DNA of 63,262 nt, the filler included, from Guillardia theta CCMP2712 (Eukaryota; Protista; Cryptophyta): assembly GCF_000315625.1 (NCBI RefSeq). It is 5 parts of 5 records of this genome, joined end to end, with 100 filler letters (N's around TTAATTAATTAA, not from the genome) between each part and the next. Parts side by side here need not be neighbours in the genome. Positions count along the whole stretch, not along the records: positions 1 to 30,236 come from NW_005434459.1; positions 30,337 to 44,017 come from NW_005434312.1; 3 more parts are not named here. One strand, 5' to 3'. Positions 23,301 through 34,900 of the stretch are shown in pieces. The notes beneath the pieces were generated by a model. It saw only the letters and a program-made list of their open reading frames with translations. It had not been told where the DNA came from and did no database searches. The position numbers and the translations under genes are program-made. Numbering within the stretch: position 1 is the stretch's first letter; each line of letters opens with the position of its first letter.

Positions 23301-26139
23301 TCAGATTGCTCCTCAGCGATTCAAGCGCCTTAGACTGCATAGCTATGGTGCGTTCAAGATGCTTTTTCTCTGAGGCCAATTGGTTTTCGATCTCATTCGT
23401 CGTCTTCGAAACTAAAATGCCTTTGATCCGTGAATGGTCAGAACGGACAATTTTCTCGTTCTGCTGCACAAGACTATCATCCTTGCCAGCGAATGCAACA
23501 ATCCGATCATGATAAAGTCGCAGGGTCTGCTTGCACGTCACTAGCTCTGCTTCCAGCTCCTTCAGCAGGTCTGCATATTCTCGATTCTGGATTGAAAGTG
23601 CCTCTGCTCTTGACTTCATTGACTTAGCTTCCTTCGACAGACCTTCTGCTCGTCCTCGCCATTCATTCAACTCAAGGCTGAGCTTCGAAGTAATCCCTTC
23701 CATGTTCTCGTTCGATTTGTCGATGAGCCCAGCAGCGCGATTGAGCTGTTCTTCTTGCGCCAAGGCTGTTCCTTGGGCAGTCTGTTGAATTCTTTCGAGC
23801 TTCGAAACCTGCGCGTTCAGTCTCTGGATCTTGGCTTCTGCATCTTTGAGCTTCCCTTCAAGCACCTGTTCACGATTCGAACCATTTTTGACATCAGACT
23901 GAAAGTTTCCTTTAAATTCTGTCCCTTGCTTTGCACGGGTTGAAGGTTCATAGCATCCAGCGCTATCTCCATCAGATTCAACCAAGGTAATCGTGCCCAG
24001 TGAGTCAGGGCTCTTGGAACCTTCAAGCATGTTCTCATTCAGCTGCGCAAAGGGCTGCTGCCATGAGTGCAGATTATGACTTGGGATCTTAAACTTGCGG
24101 CAGAACGTGACGAATTGAGACTGTAGAGTTTTGAGATCCGGCGAATCTGAGATCAGTTGCTCATCATATGCCAAAGTCCACGTTCTTGTCAGGAAGTCTA
24201 TGATTGCTTCCATTCGAAATGCCTGGCAAGTAGCACTTCAGACAAGGCACACAAACAACTGTTGCATTGACCTTGTTGCTCATATCCAACGAAGTGCTCG
24301 AAGGGACAGATAAACCTGCATGAGTGTCAAAGACTAAGGCATGGACTGAAGTGCATTACCATTCTGAATCTCCTGCAATACATGATTCTGCTGCAAATAG
24401 AAGAAACGGTTCAAAGTACGATTTCGTTCAATCTGCAAATTCTTGTCTCTTGATACCTGCATAGCCTCATCACTGAAATAAAACATCACAGTCTTAAGCG
24501 AGCATACTTTGGTTGAAGATGAATCAATCGCATTGCTCTTTGCAGCTGGAAAATTTCTTTCCTCCATTCCTCCACGAGCGTACTGGAGAAGCGATCATCA
24601 CAACAAGAAGCAGCAGTGGCAAGAAAGGCAGTCCGACTCACCTCTCGCCCAATAGACAGCTCTGCAACTAATGCATCAAGTTGACTACTTTGTGCCTTAA
24701 TTTCTCGTTGAAGCTCTGCAATCTGCATGTCCTTGGATTCTAAAATTTTGGCCTTTTCCCGTAGATCGATCAGCTCGTCTTCGTTCTCTGCTCTCTCCCT
24801 AAGCAGCTCGTCCAGTTGAATCTCCATTTTCGATTTAGATTTGATACTATCCTGCATTTGTTTCTAAAGCGAATCAACATCAGACAGAAATAACAAGGAA
24901 CGACAAAGAAACCTTGAGAGCAGTTTGCTCGACGAGTTTTCCTTGAAATTCCTCCAACCTTGCCTTCAACCCCAAACATTCTTGATTCACTTCTACATTA
25001 CTCATCATGGCGATGCCGACTTTCTCATCACGATCTTTCTGCAAATTTTCCAATTCTTTTTCACATTCTCTCAGCAAGGATTCTGCTCTTGATCGTTTGC
25101 TTTCAGATTCTTCTTTGGCATCAGAAAGTCTTTGTAGTTCGCATTGAAGGTTCTCGATCTTGGATAAATGTATCAGGTATCACAACTCACTGTCACATGC
25201 AATCTTACCTTCTGATCTTTGGCTTTCAAGATCCTCAGCACCTTTCTGTCGCGCTCTTCCAATTCTTCATCGGCTTTCTTTTGAATCATGTTGTGATCAA
25301 CCTTTCCCTCCAATAGCTGCGCTTGCATCTCTCGAACGTACTCAACCTGCTTTTGCAACACGCTTTCACCCTCCTCCAGTTCTTCCCTTTTCCTATCCGA
25401 AATTTCAGCATGCATTCCTTCAACCTCAATTGCAATCTCACCTCTCCCAATCTTTACACCTTTCATCCAGCTCATCGCATTTGCGCCTCAATTGCTCACA
25501 TTCTCTGGCAACGCCCTGAAGTTGAGAAAGTTCTGACAAGTAGTTTTCAAGCCTAGCCTTCAAGTTCTCATTCGACAGATCTCTCGTTCTGATCTCTTTC
25601 TCAAAGTCTGCCTTCAATTCTGAGATATACTCCTCATACTGTCTGCGAAGGTTCATGATTCCAGAGTCCTTGCCAGGCTCCATGGCATCTCTCATCGAAT
25701 CGTGATGTTGAGCGCTCTCTCTGCATGGATTTGGAATCACGAAAGCCGCAGCAGCCTTCGACTCGTGCGCAGGTCTTCCTGCCAACGGCAACGATGGCAC
25801 AGCGATCTTACTGTTGGGATCAGCTGGTTGAAACGAGACCATGAACTTCTTCTCGAAGTACTCAGACTTGAGGAAGAATGTCTCCTTGTACGGCGATCCA
25901 TTCTTCTTCCTGGCCACGGCCTTGTTCAGCTTTAACCGGATCTGTACTGTCCTCGTCTCCCCGGGCCCCAGAGTGAGCAGGGAGGGCTCCACAGAGAACC
26001 GATCGCTGTTACCTACACGGATCCTGAAGCTCACAGAAGTTGTCAGGATGTTCTTGATCTCCAGGTTCTGGATGTAGGTTTGATTCGGCCGGACATCCGC
26101 GAAGTTCACTTCCTCCGGATACAGCACGAGCGACTCCAT
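14373..26139 (-). CDS. Very large multi-exon coiled-coil protein with N-terminal Ig-like (ASH/MSP/PapD-like) domain; probably centrosomal or basal-body (centlein-like)
   Basis: ATG 26139 MESLVLYPEEVNFADVRPNQTYIQNLEIKN...FSVEPSLLTLGPGETRTVQIRL (ASH/MSP-like). Collinear minus-strand coiled-coil ORFs follow (25438-26157, 21709-24213, 18521-20107, 14747-16255), separated by short introns. ERDRKVLRILKAKDQK resembles the centlein N-terminal motif. Putative last exon MLSADR* ends 14373. Could be more than one gene. Confidence 0.7.
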
Positions 26140-26538
26140 CGCTGCAAACCCCTCCACGCCTCTACCTCCCTCAGCTATGGACGCGCAGCGCCTGTTACAC
26201 GACGATCCATGCCCTCGGCCTCGCCATCTTCTCCATCCTCGTCCACTGATCGACTGCTACTCCTTCTCCTCCTCCTCCTCTCCTCCTCTCCCTTCGCCTC
26301 CCTCACACCCTCCCTTCCACCATTTTCGGCGGGAAAGCATCAAATCGAAGACCCTCATCCCCCTCATACCCAGTAAGTACTCATCCCCCTCAGATCCCGG
26401 GCCTCACTCACTGGGCCGGGCCCGGCCGCGGTCACGGGCGGGCCGCACCGGCTGAATCACTGCCGGGGGAATTTCCGAGTGCTCGCCCGAGTCTGATGTT
26501 GTTTACTCTGTGAAAGTGCCAAACGGCGAGAAGACGAT

Positions 26539-26586
26539 CTTTACTCAAAGTTAAGTTAAAAATCAGTACGAGGACAATCAGGAGAG
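26539..26586 (+). repeat. Dispersed 48-bp intergenic element, copy 2
   Basis: 47/48 identical to 11402-11449. Confidence 0.85.
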
Positions 26587-27906
26587 CCGCAGTGTCGCAC
26601 AGGCCAAACTTGAAACGGCGAGAAGAGAAAAGACAGCGAGAACCAAACCCAATCCTGCCGACTGCTGTCCCCCAAACTTAACTGATACCTTCACTTAACT
26701 GCGAGAAGACGATGTCGCTGTGGCCGCCGCCCTCAGCAATGAGTCCCGGCAGACCGTGAATGCCAGTGACCGTGACCTCCGGAACTGACTCGCGAGTTCG
26801 CCGGACTCCGCCGGGCCCGGTCCAATCTCAGTGACCGCCGGAGTCCGCCACGGTCAGGACAAGACTCGTAACTGCCATGTAACGGCGCTGATGAGAATGA
26901 TTGACCAACCGTTCAACGGAAGCCGCAGTGCCATGACGGGTGAAGGTAAGAGGAGAGGACGGAGAGAGAAGCTGCTGGCGGGGGGAGGAGAGGAAGAGGA
27001 GAGGACGGAGAGAGAAGCTGGCGGGGGGAGGAGAGGAAGGGAGGGAGATGAAGGGAAAAGAAGATGATGAGGTTGAGACGAGGGACTGGAACATCATCTC
27101 GGGAGAGACAGACCTTGCTTGTGCCTGTTTTCGTCATGCAGTGTACCGGTCTTGAGTCAATGTAATGCTGTGCTGAACAGGCGGTGTGGGGCTTGACGGT
27201 GGTAAAGAGGTGAGTTTCAATGCGTTGGATGTAGACTGAGGCTGACTGTTGTCGTTCCACTCGAAAATTCATCTTGGATTCTGCAGATTCAAGAGGAAAG
27301 CGGTGATCACCATCTAGATTAAAAGTACGAGCTGCTTGACGGTTTTCCTTCTGCTGCAGATTTGAAGGACCTGCTAGCCCATGAGAACCAAGTCCGACCT
27401 GTAACAGGAGCCGCGCTGCCGGTTCTTGAGGAGGAGGAGGCGGAGCAACACTCGATCTCATGAGCCTCTACAGGTGGAGCATGAGGAGCTATCCCAGGAA
27501 GCTCTGCCCGTCGAACCTGAGTTGAGTCCGGTGAAGGACAGAGTCGGCAGAGTTCGACCGGATGGCGATGGAGCTGTACATGTGGGAGACGCGGGGGATG
27601 TGGAGGAAGTAGCAGGCAGCGAAGCAACACAGGTTGAGGATGGAGGAAGCATACAAATATTCCATGTTGGAGGACATGCTGAGGGTCAGGTGGAGGTGGA
27701 GGAGGGGAAACAGGGAGAGGGGCAACAGCAGGCTGTTGTTGAAGCCAAGACCGACGATGCTCACCAAGAACCACGACTGCAGACTTGGTACGAGGACGCG
27801 CAAACCTCTGACGATGCCGACTCTCACGCGAATCAGGGAAGTCCCTGAAGAGGGAGGAGGAGGAAGAGGAGGAGAAGAAGGAAGTCGCCGCTGAGCAGCC
27901 ATTCAG

Positions 27907-29705
27907 CAGAGCATTCACTCACGTAGAGGAGAAGACAGTGTTTAGGAAGCGTGTAATGTCGCTGGATAGGACTATGAGTTGCCCTACTGGGACGGTCGAT
28001 GAAGTCAGCTACAAGGAAACTCAGGGTAGGCTGATGGATGCTTCCGTTGAGCAGCGGACCATGGGGTTTGCTCTAGCATGGAACAGATCGCGCATGTACA
28101 GGCGGCTGTCGCAGAGTCTGGACGGGTCGATGAGAGGAGCTCTGGTACACAAGGACTTCAACCCTCCGACAGTAGGAGAGGTGGAGGAAATGATCAAGAG
28201 CCTGTCGTCTCCCGTGACTCCCTCGAGAAGGAGCTCGGTCGGCAACAGCGGGAAGGAGTCGTTGACGAAGGAGGAGGATGGGACGTCCGTGCTGCCCTTC
28301 TGGAAGGTCTCGGACGAACTGGATGAGATCATCCGGTCGAACCAGGCGAGGAGCCTGATCGACGAGGACGGGAAGTTTTCAGCTCTGATCAAGAGTAGGA
28401 AGAGGAGGGAGATGATTCGCAATTCCTCTGCCATTGTGATACAGCGAGCAGTCAGGAGGTACCTCCATGCTATCCACGAGAGGCCTTGGATCGAACACCG
28501 CAAGGTGAAGGACAACGTCGGGAAATGGATCCATGCTCTTATTCCCCATGGGACGGCGGACGGGATGAAGGTGTTCAGGGACGAAGTACTGCTGTGCTCG
28601 TGGTGGAGGGAGAAGGTCCCTGAGCAGAGCAAGGAGGTGTTCGACCTGTCCAGAGCGAAGATCCTGACGCAGCCTCGATGCCAGGGCAGGAGCATGCAGG
28701 GCAGGATCAGCCTGCATGAGGTACACGCCGAGACGTCAGCGAGGAGCAGAGAGCTTAACATCATGCTGGACCGGTACGCTGACGAGCAGATCGAGCGGTG
28801 GAGGCAGAAGCTTGACCCGATGTTCTCCACTACCTACGGGGAGGAGGAGGAGGGCAAGGGAGGAGAAACTCTCTCTACCGTCCTCTTCACTCCCCGCAAC
28901 GAGAAGCGGTTGAGAGTCTACAGGAGCGGAGCAGAGCGCTCCAGAGTCTCTCCCCTCCACCTCTCCCGCGGGCTGGCAGCAGCTGACGCTCCTCCTCCTC
29001 CCCGCGTGAAGATCCTCGGAGTTCAGCAGCCTGCCATCCGATCGTACTTCCAGAGGAAGCTCCATCATCTGCCCGGTCCAGTCCTGCGGCAGGAGGGCGG
29101 CGACAGCACTGAGCCGGCCCACGAGGAGGGGATGAGCAGGAAGCAGGAATGGAGAGAGTTCAAGCCTCGTCCTCCTCCCAAGACAGGAAGGGACACCAGG
29201 AGGCTGCCAAGGCTCAAGCACAGAAGGAAAGTTGAAGGAGGAGCAGGAGCAGGAGCAGGAGAGGCAGAAGGAGCCGGAGCAGGGGCAGGAGCAGGAGCGG
29301 GAGAAGGAGCAGGAGGGAGGAAGAACGTGTACGATCGATTGATCAGTGTTCTCCGGAAGATCGCGGAATCTCTCAGGCTGGAATCTTCAGCTGAGGGTCT
29401 GCTGTTTAAGAAGGAGCTCATCTTCGAGATCGAATCTGTCAGTCAGGTCCTCTCCTCTCCTCTCCCTCTCCTCTCCTCTCCTCCTCTCCTCTCCTCTCCT
29501 CTCCCCTCTCCTCTCCTCTCCCCTCTCCTCTCCTCTCCTCCCCCTCTCTCCCCTCCTCTCCTCCCTCTCTCTGCTCTCCTCTCAACGTCTCTTCAGGACC
29601 TCTGGGAGGTTGGGGATGAAGCAACTGTCGGTCTGCTACAGAAGTCCAAGGAGGACATTCAAGAAGCGCTGTACCTGGAAGTCCTGGCGGCGCTGCAACA
29701 AGGAG
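27907..29705 (+). CDS. Hypothetical protein with one IQ calmodulin-binding motif (partial model)
   Basis: Long open frame with GC3 bias; SAIVIQRAVRRYL at ~28427-28465; CT-rich in-frame intron ~29447-29597. Upstream exons (~26890-27850) and the 3' end beyond the gap are unresolved. Confidence 0.65.
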
Positions 29706-30280
29706 GTGTGAATTTTTTGGTGATGATGATGGAGATGATGATGATGATGATGATGATGATGAAGGTGATTGTGATGGAGATGATGATGATGGTGACGACG
29801 ACAACGACGACAACGATGATGATGATGATGATGATGATGAAGATGAAGATGATAGTGATGATGAAGATGAAGATGATAGTGCATTTTACATTCATAAGAA
29901 TGATATTGACGATGACACAGACGAGGGATGATCGGCTCTTTTCAATTCTCACGATTTTTTTCTTCTCACATTGACGTTTCATCACCATGTAGACATCGTT
30001 TTTTATTCTTTTCTCTTCTTTTGTAAATACTGACAAGCAACCCAAAAACACTCCACAACTTGTTTGTGTTCTATTCTATTCTCCCATGAACATCTAGTAT
30101 ATCAATACACCTTCGACTTTGCATCCTATTTCATCTTGCCGTTTCCTCTCTCCTATCGCTTATTCGTCGCTTTCGTCCTCTCTTTTTTCCTTCCTCCTGG
30201 TTTCATCCAAGGATCTGCAACGCCTTCACTGTCTCCNNNNNNNNNNNNNNNNNNNNNNNNNNNNNNNNNNNNNNNNNNNN

Positions 30281-30292
30281 TTAATTAATTAA
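30281..30292. other. Artificial gap linker TTAATTAATTAA (also 44062-44073, 49908-49919, 61403-61414)
   Basis: Identical stop-rich 12-mer centred in N runs. Confidence 0.95.
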
Positions 30293-30639
30293 NNNNNNNN
30301 NNNNNNNNNNNNNNNNNNNNNNNNNNNNNNNNNNNNTAGAAGCAGCAGCTGCTGCCGCAGCAGTGACAAGGGCATCATCAACAATATCAGTAGGAGAAAA
30401 AGGATGCGAAGTAGGAGAGAGGATGGGTTGATAGGAGGATGGCAACTCAGGTGAAAAAGAACCAGAGGATGGGAGACAGATAAGCTGCAATTCACGGAGA
30501 AGAGGCAAGATACTAAAATAAAAAGGAAATGGAGCAGAGGCAAAGGCAGAGGCAAGGCAGCAAGAGCAAGAACAGGAGCATGAGAATGAAGGTCAATCAT
30601 ATTGTTCTTGACTCTTACGGGTACGGTTGTGGTGTTCAG

Positions 30640-31849
30640 GCGATGTTTTCTCTTATCGGCTCACCTTCCTCGCACAAAGATTTCAACTATGTCACTGAGT
30701 TTTTTCGAAACGGTTCTTTGCTGGACGAAAGGCGGATTCAAACATGGGACAAGACAATGCTGCCGGTACAGATCGGCTCAATTTGATACCTCGGTCTGAT
30801 GCTATCTCGTCTTCCAACTCAGATGTTGCTGGGCACCACCGATCTCCTCGATCTGCGTGCAAAGCATGAAGAAGAAAGATTAGACGCGATGCATCTCCTG
30901 ATTCACAGCCTTGCCAATGAGTCTCTGCTGACTGTGGGAGATGTTCACTTGTGCCAATCACAGCATTGACACTTCCACCCTCAGATGCCTAAAATAGATA
31001 TGGATTCCTTCTCCTCTCACGACCCTCTCCTCTCCCTCCAAAGCGCCGTCGATGTCCAGGTTATTCCATGACGATCTTGTCTATGTATTCTCTGATGTGA
31101 GATGATGGGAAGGTTGAAGGAAAAGTCTATGCCATCGCACTCAAACCCATTGGGCTGATCTTTCGCGCTTTGCTCATTCTCCTAGCAACTCACAGGTCCA
31201 GCTTGTTGATTTGATATGCCTGAAGCAAACATGAGTTTTTCCTTCAAGATTGAACGGGGGGCAATTTCATTGTACATTCTGGCATTACCACACACTGAAG
31301 GCTTGCGTATTGTTGTGTTGTTTTGAACTTGATTTCGACAAGCTTCCAATCGCTGTTCCCAGGTTGACATTTGACACAATCAATGTTTAAATCATCTTGC
31401 TTCTTGCACCTCAAAACCTTTTTTCTGCTCTTCTCTCACTCTTGCCTTTCTTTTAGCTTTGCTACAGTCCAAGTTGTGCACCTCTTCCAGAATGTTGTCC
31501 ATGAAGTACTTTACCTGGCTGAGCTTCTTGATATCGCACACCTATTTCCGGAACCAAGCAAAATATTCAGTGCAAGGTTGAATCATGATGTGTTCTGCAG
31601 GTGGTGGTTGTGGTTGTGGTTGTGGTGGTGGTGGATGAGATGATGAACATTGAAGATTGAAACTGTGTTGACCATCATACTTCAGACTGTTTCTACATCT
31701 TGTTTCTCAAGACCAGTCGAGCAGCGGATATCTTGACAGCCTGCTGAAGCAAATACAGCATGATGAGATTGATGTGTTTTTCGATGCCGTGTCAAACATC
31801 TTCAAAGAAGACTTCCAATTCTCCAACGATATCCACATGATTGAAACAG
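30640..31849 (+). CDS. Series of short coding exons, either the helicase N-terminus or the end of the IQ gene
   Basis: AG/GT-bounded segments such as AMFSLIGSPSSHKDFNYVTEFFRNGSLLDERRIQTWDKTMLP, FATVQVVHLFQNVVHEVLYLAELLDIAHLF and LFLHLVSQDQSSSGYLDSLLKQIQHDEIDVFFDAVSNIF. Confidence 0.45.
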
Positions 31850-31920
31850 GTAACTTCATGATTTTATGTTCAGATAGATAGATACTGCATGTCAATATCT
31901 TTGTTTTCTTCTTCGTTATT

Positions 31921-34900
31921 TTGAACTTGTTGGATCAATCTTGTCTCAATTCTGACGATTCTGCCTCTAATGGACGAAATGATTTGAATTTCAAAACAGC
32001 AACTACCAACGACATCTTTGACGAAGACAGTCAGGAAGAAATGTACGACAGCAACACAACTCATCTCAATATGGAGCAGCAGCCTGCAGACACATCTCTT
32101 CCTATCTTGCAGTTCAAAGAAAAGATTCTTCAGGAGATCAACAGCAACACAGTCACATGCATCCAAGGAGAAACAGGATGTGGCAAGAGCTCGATGGTCC
32201 CTCAATTCATCCTCGATGATGCCAGGGCAAGACGACAGAGGGTCAACGTTATTGTATCACAACCACGAAGGCTTGCGGCTGTGGCGCTTGCGAGAAGGGT
32301 TGCGAGTCAAAACAACGAGAAGATTGGAAAAACTATTGGCTATCGTATTGGTCAAGGAGATCACGTTGTGTCCATGGAGACTCAGGTCACTTTCGTGACG
32401 ATAGGATACTTGCTTCACAAGCTCTACCATAACCCTAAAACCTTCTTCAAGAGTTCCCATGTCGTCTTAGATGAGGTGCATGAACGAGGAATGGACTCTG
32501 ATCTCCTGAACCTGCTGATCAAGAAGCTGATGGAGAACAGTAAGTCAAGCACAAAGCTGATCATCATGTCTGCAACCCTACAAGCCAACCTCTTCAGCCA
32601 GTTTTTCACCCCTGTTGGCGAGAAGGTCAGGGATACAATCTTCGTTGGAGCGAAGAGATACCACGTTGATGTTTATTTCCTGGACGAGTGGAAGAATTTT
32701 CACAGATCCTTTATGAATGACAAGAATCTCAATAATCTCTTGGGACAGTTCAAGATTCAAAACAAAGAAAATCAGGGAAACAAGCTGAAACCTGAGGTGA
32801 GAAAGATTGTGATGAAAGCTGCACCCTTTTCTTCCTTATCTCCTTATATTTGTTTTTGATGCAGTTGAACAAAGACTCCTGCACCCTCATAATCAATCTG
32901 CTTGCAAAGATTGTCAAGCCCGACATCTGCATTCTGGTCTTCCTTCCCGGCATCGGCGATATTGAATCCTTGCAGGAAGATATCAGAAGTAGCTCCTTGA
33001 GCTCCCCTCTCCAGATCCTCGTCCTACACTCGTTGGTCTCCCGCGAACAACAGGAAGCAGCGATTCTTCCAGCAACGGCTGGACACTGCAAGCTGATCCT
33101 CTCAACCAACATCGCTGAGAGCTCCATCACCATCCCCGATGTCCTCTACGTCATTGACTCATGCCTGAGCAAGTAGTCATATTGTCCCATATTATCTGAT
33201 CATCATATTGATTCCTCTTTCCTCTTTCTCCTCCTCCTCCTCCACCACCTCCTCCTCATCATCATCATCATCATCGTCATCATCTTCCTCGTCATCGTCA
33301 TCGTCATCGTCATCATCAAACGATCCATCATCAACGTCCCTGTTCTGCTGTTGCTGCTTTTCATGCTTCATGCTTTGCTGTAGTCTTGCGTATCCTGTTG
33401 TTCTGCTTTCCCTATCCTCAGTCTCAGTCATGGTCATACCCTTCTCCCTTTCATCAAATTTTTGTGTTCTTGCTCGTTCTACTCTTTACTCCTCCTCTCA
33501 GGGAAATCCACTTCGACGAGAAAAGGAACATGCCGGCACTGCTCGGGGCATGGTGCTCGCAGTCTTCTGCTAAGCAGCGACAGGGGAGAGCAGGAAGAGT
33601 TGCGCCCGGCTTCGTCTTCCATCTCGTTCCCCGGCACTTTCACGACAATGTCATGCTCCCGTTTGCAGAAGCAGAGATTTCTCGCCTTCCGCTCGAGAAA
33701 ACCATCCTCAAGGTCAAGATCCTCCTCAAGAAGTTTGGCAGGCCTTCAGCTCTGCTTCAGCAGTCCCTTACTCCTCCTCCTCCAGCTCGCTTTGAGCTCG
33801 CAATCAAAGAGCTCTTCAAGGTTGGCGCTTTAATCCGCGAAGAAGAGACTTCACCTGTTACCCAGCTGGGAGTACTTGCCTCTGAACTCCCTGTTGATCT
33901 TGTGCTTGTTAAGCTGCTCGTGCTGGGCATAACCTGCTCCTGCCTCCCCGAAGCCATCGTGATGGCCTCTGCGCTCTCAGTCCAGGACATTTTTGCCATG
34001 CCCTCCTCTCTCTTTGTGAAGGACAAAGCATGCTTCCTCAAGGAGCTTGCTCGCAATTTTAGGAGTCGAGCTGAGCTGGACATGGGGAAGCTGTCCGAGC
34101 CGATCATGTACCTGGAGGCCTACAAGAGGTGGATAATCTCAAAGCGAGGCTCAAATGATGCCTCCAAGCTGGGGCTGAGCTTGACGAGGCTGAGGCAGAT
34201 GGAAACTCTTGCGCTGGATCTTTGTCGGAGGTTCGAGGATCACTTTGCGCAACTGGAGGGGCTGAGGGACGACTCGCTCGACAAGCTCCACCTGCTGCGC
34301 GGCGCAATCATGTCGAGGAAGCGTTGTCAGCCGTCCACCCTGAGCTCCCTCTTTCAGGCAACGGATGATACTCTAAGGTTTGTCCTGGTGGGCAGCTGCT
34401 CGCAGTTGTTCATCAAGGGGTTGAAAATGGACAAGAAAAACTCTGAGATTGCCAGGTCAGGTTTTGACAACGAATGTTCTGTAATGCTCTACAAAGTTCC
34501 ACCTGAGCTGAACAACAGCGATTGCATCGAATCCCTGCTGAAGGTGCTTGACATCAAGGTTGTCAACCATTGGAGTGTTGGGGTGAGCAATGCTGTCATA
34601 CAGCTGAGCAACGACCAAGATCTCCTTTCTGCGCCATCCTCCTCTCAAAGCATCCCAGCTCAACTTGTACAGGACATGAGCTACGAAGTCAAGCTACTGT
34701 GGCAGGTTTACTTTGGCTCTCGCCGCAAGCTCGTGCTTCCCAACCCTCAGCAAGTGACGGCAACAAGGGAGTCGCAGACAGCCACCCTTGGAGGATTGAG
34801 CTCGGACTCGACGATCAGGTGGTTCCTGGAGAAGGAGAAAAAGGTGCTGGTGGAAGACGTCGATGTCGAGAAGGACAATAATGTCTTGAACAAGGCGGAG

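Noticed and set aside
29706-29974. Poly-Met/Thr C-terminus of the 678-aa ORF
   Set aside because: (GAT)n microsatellite following a GT donor; intronic
30281-30292. Recurrent palindromic TTAATTAATTAA as a TTAA-target or regulatory site
   Set aside because: Always centred within N runs; it is an assembly linker
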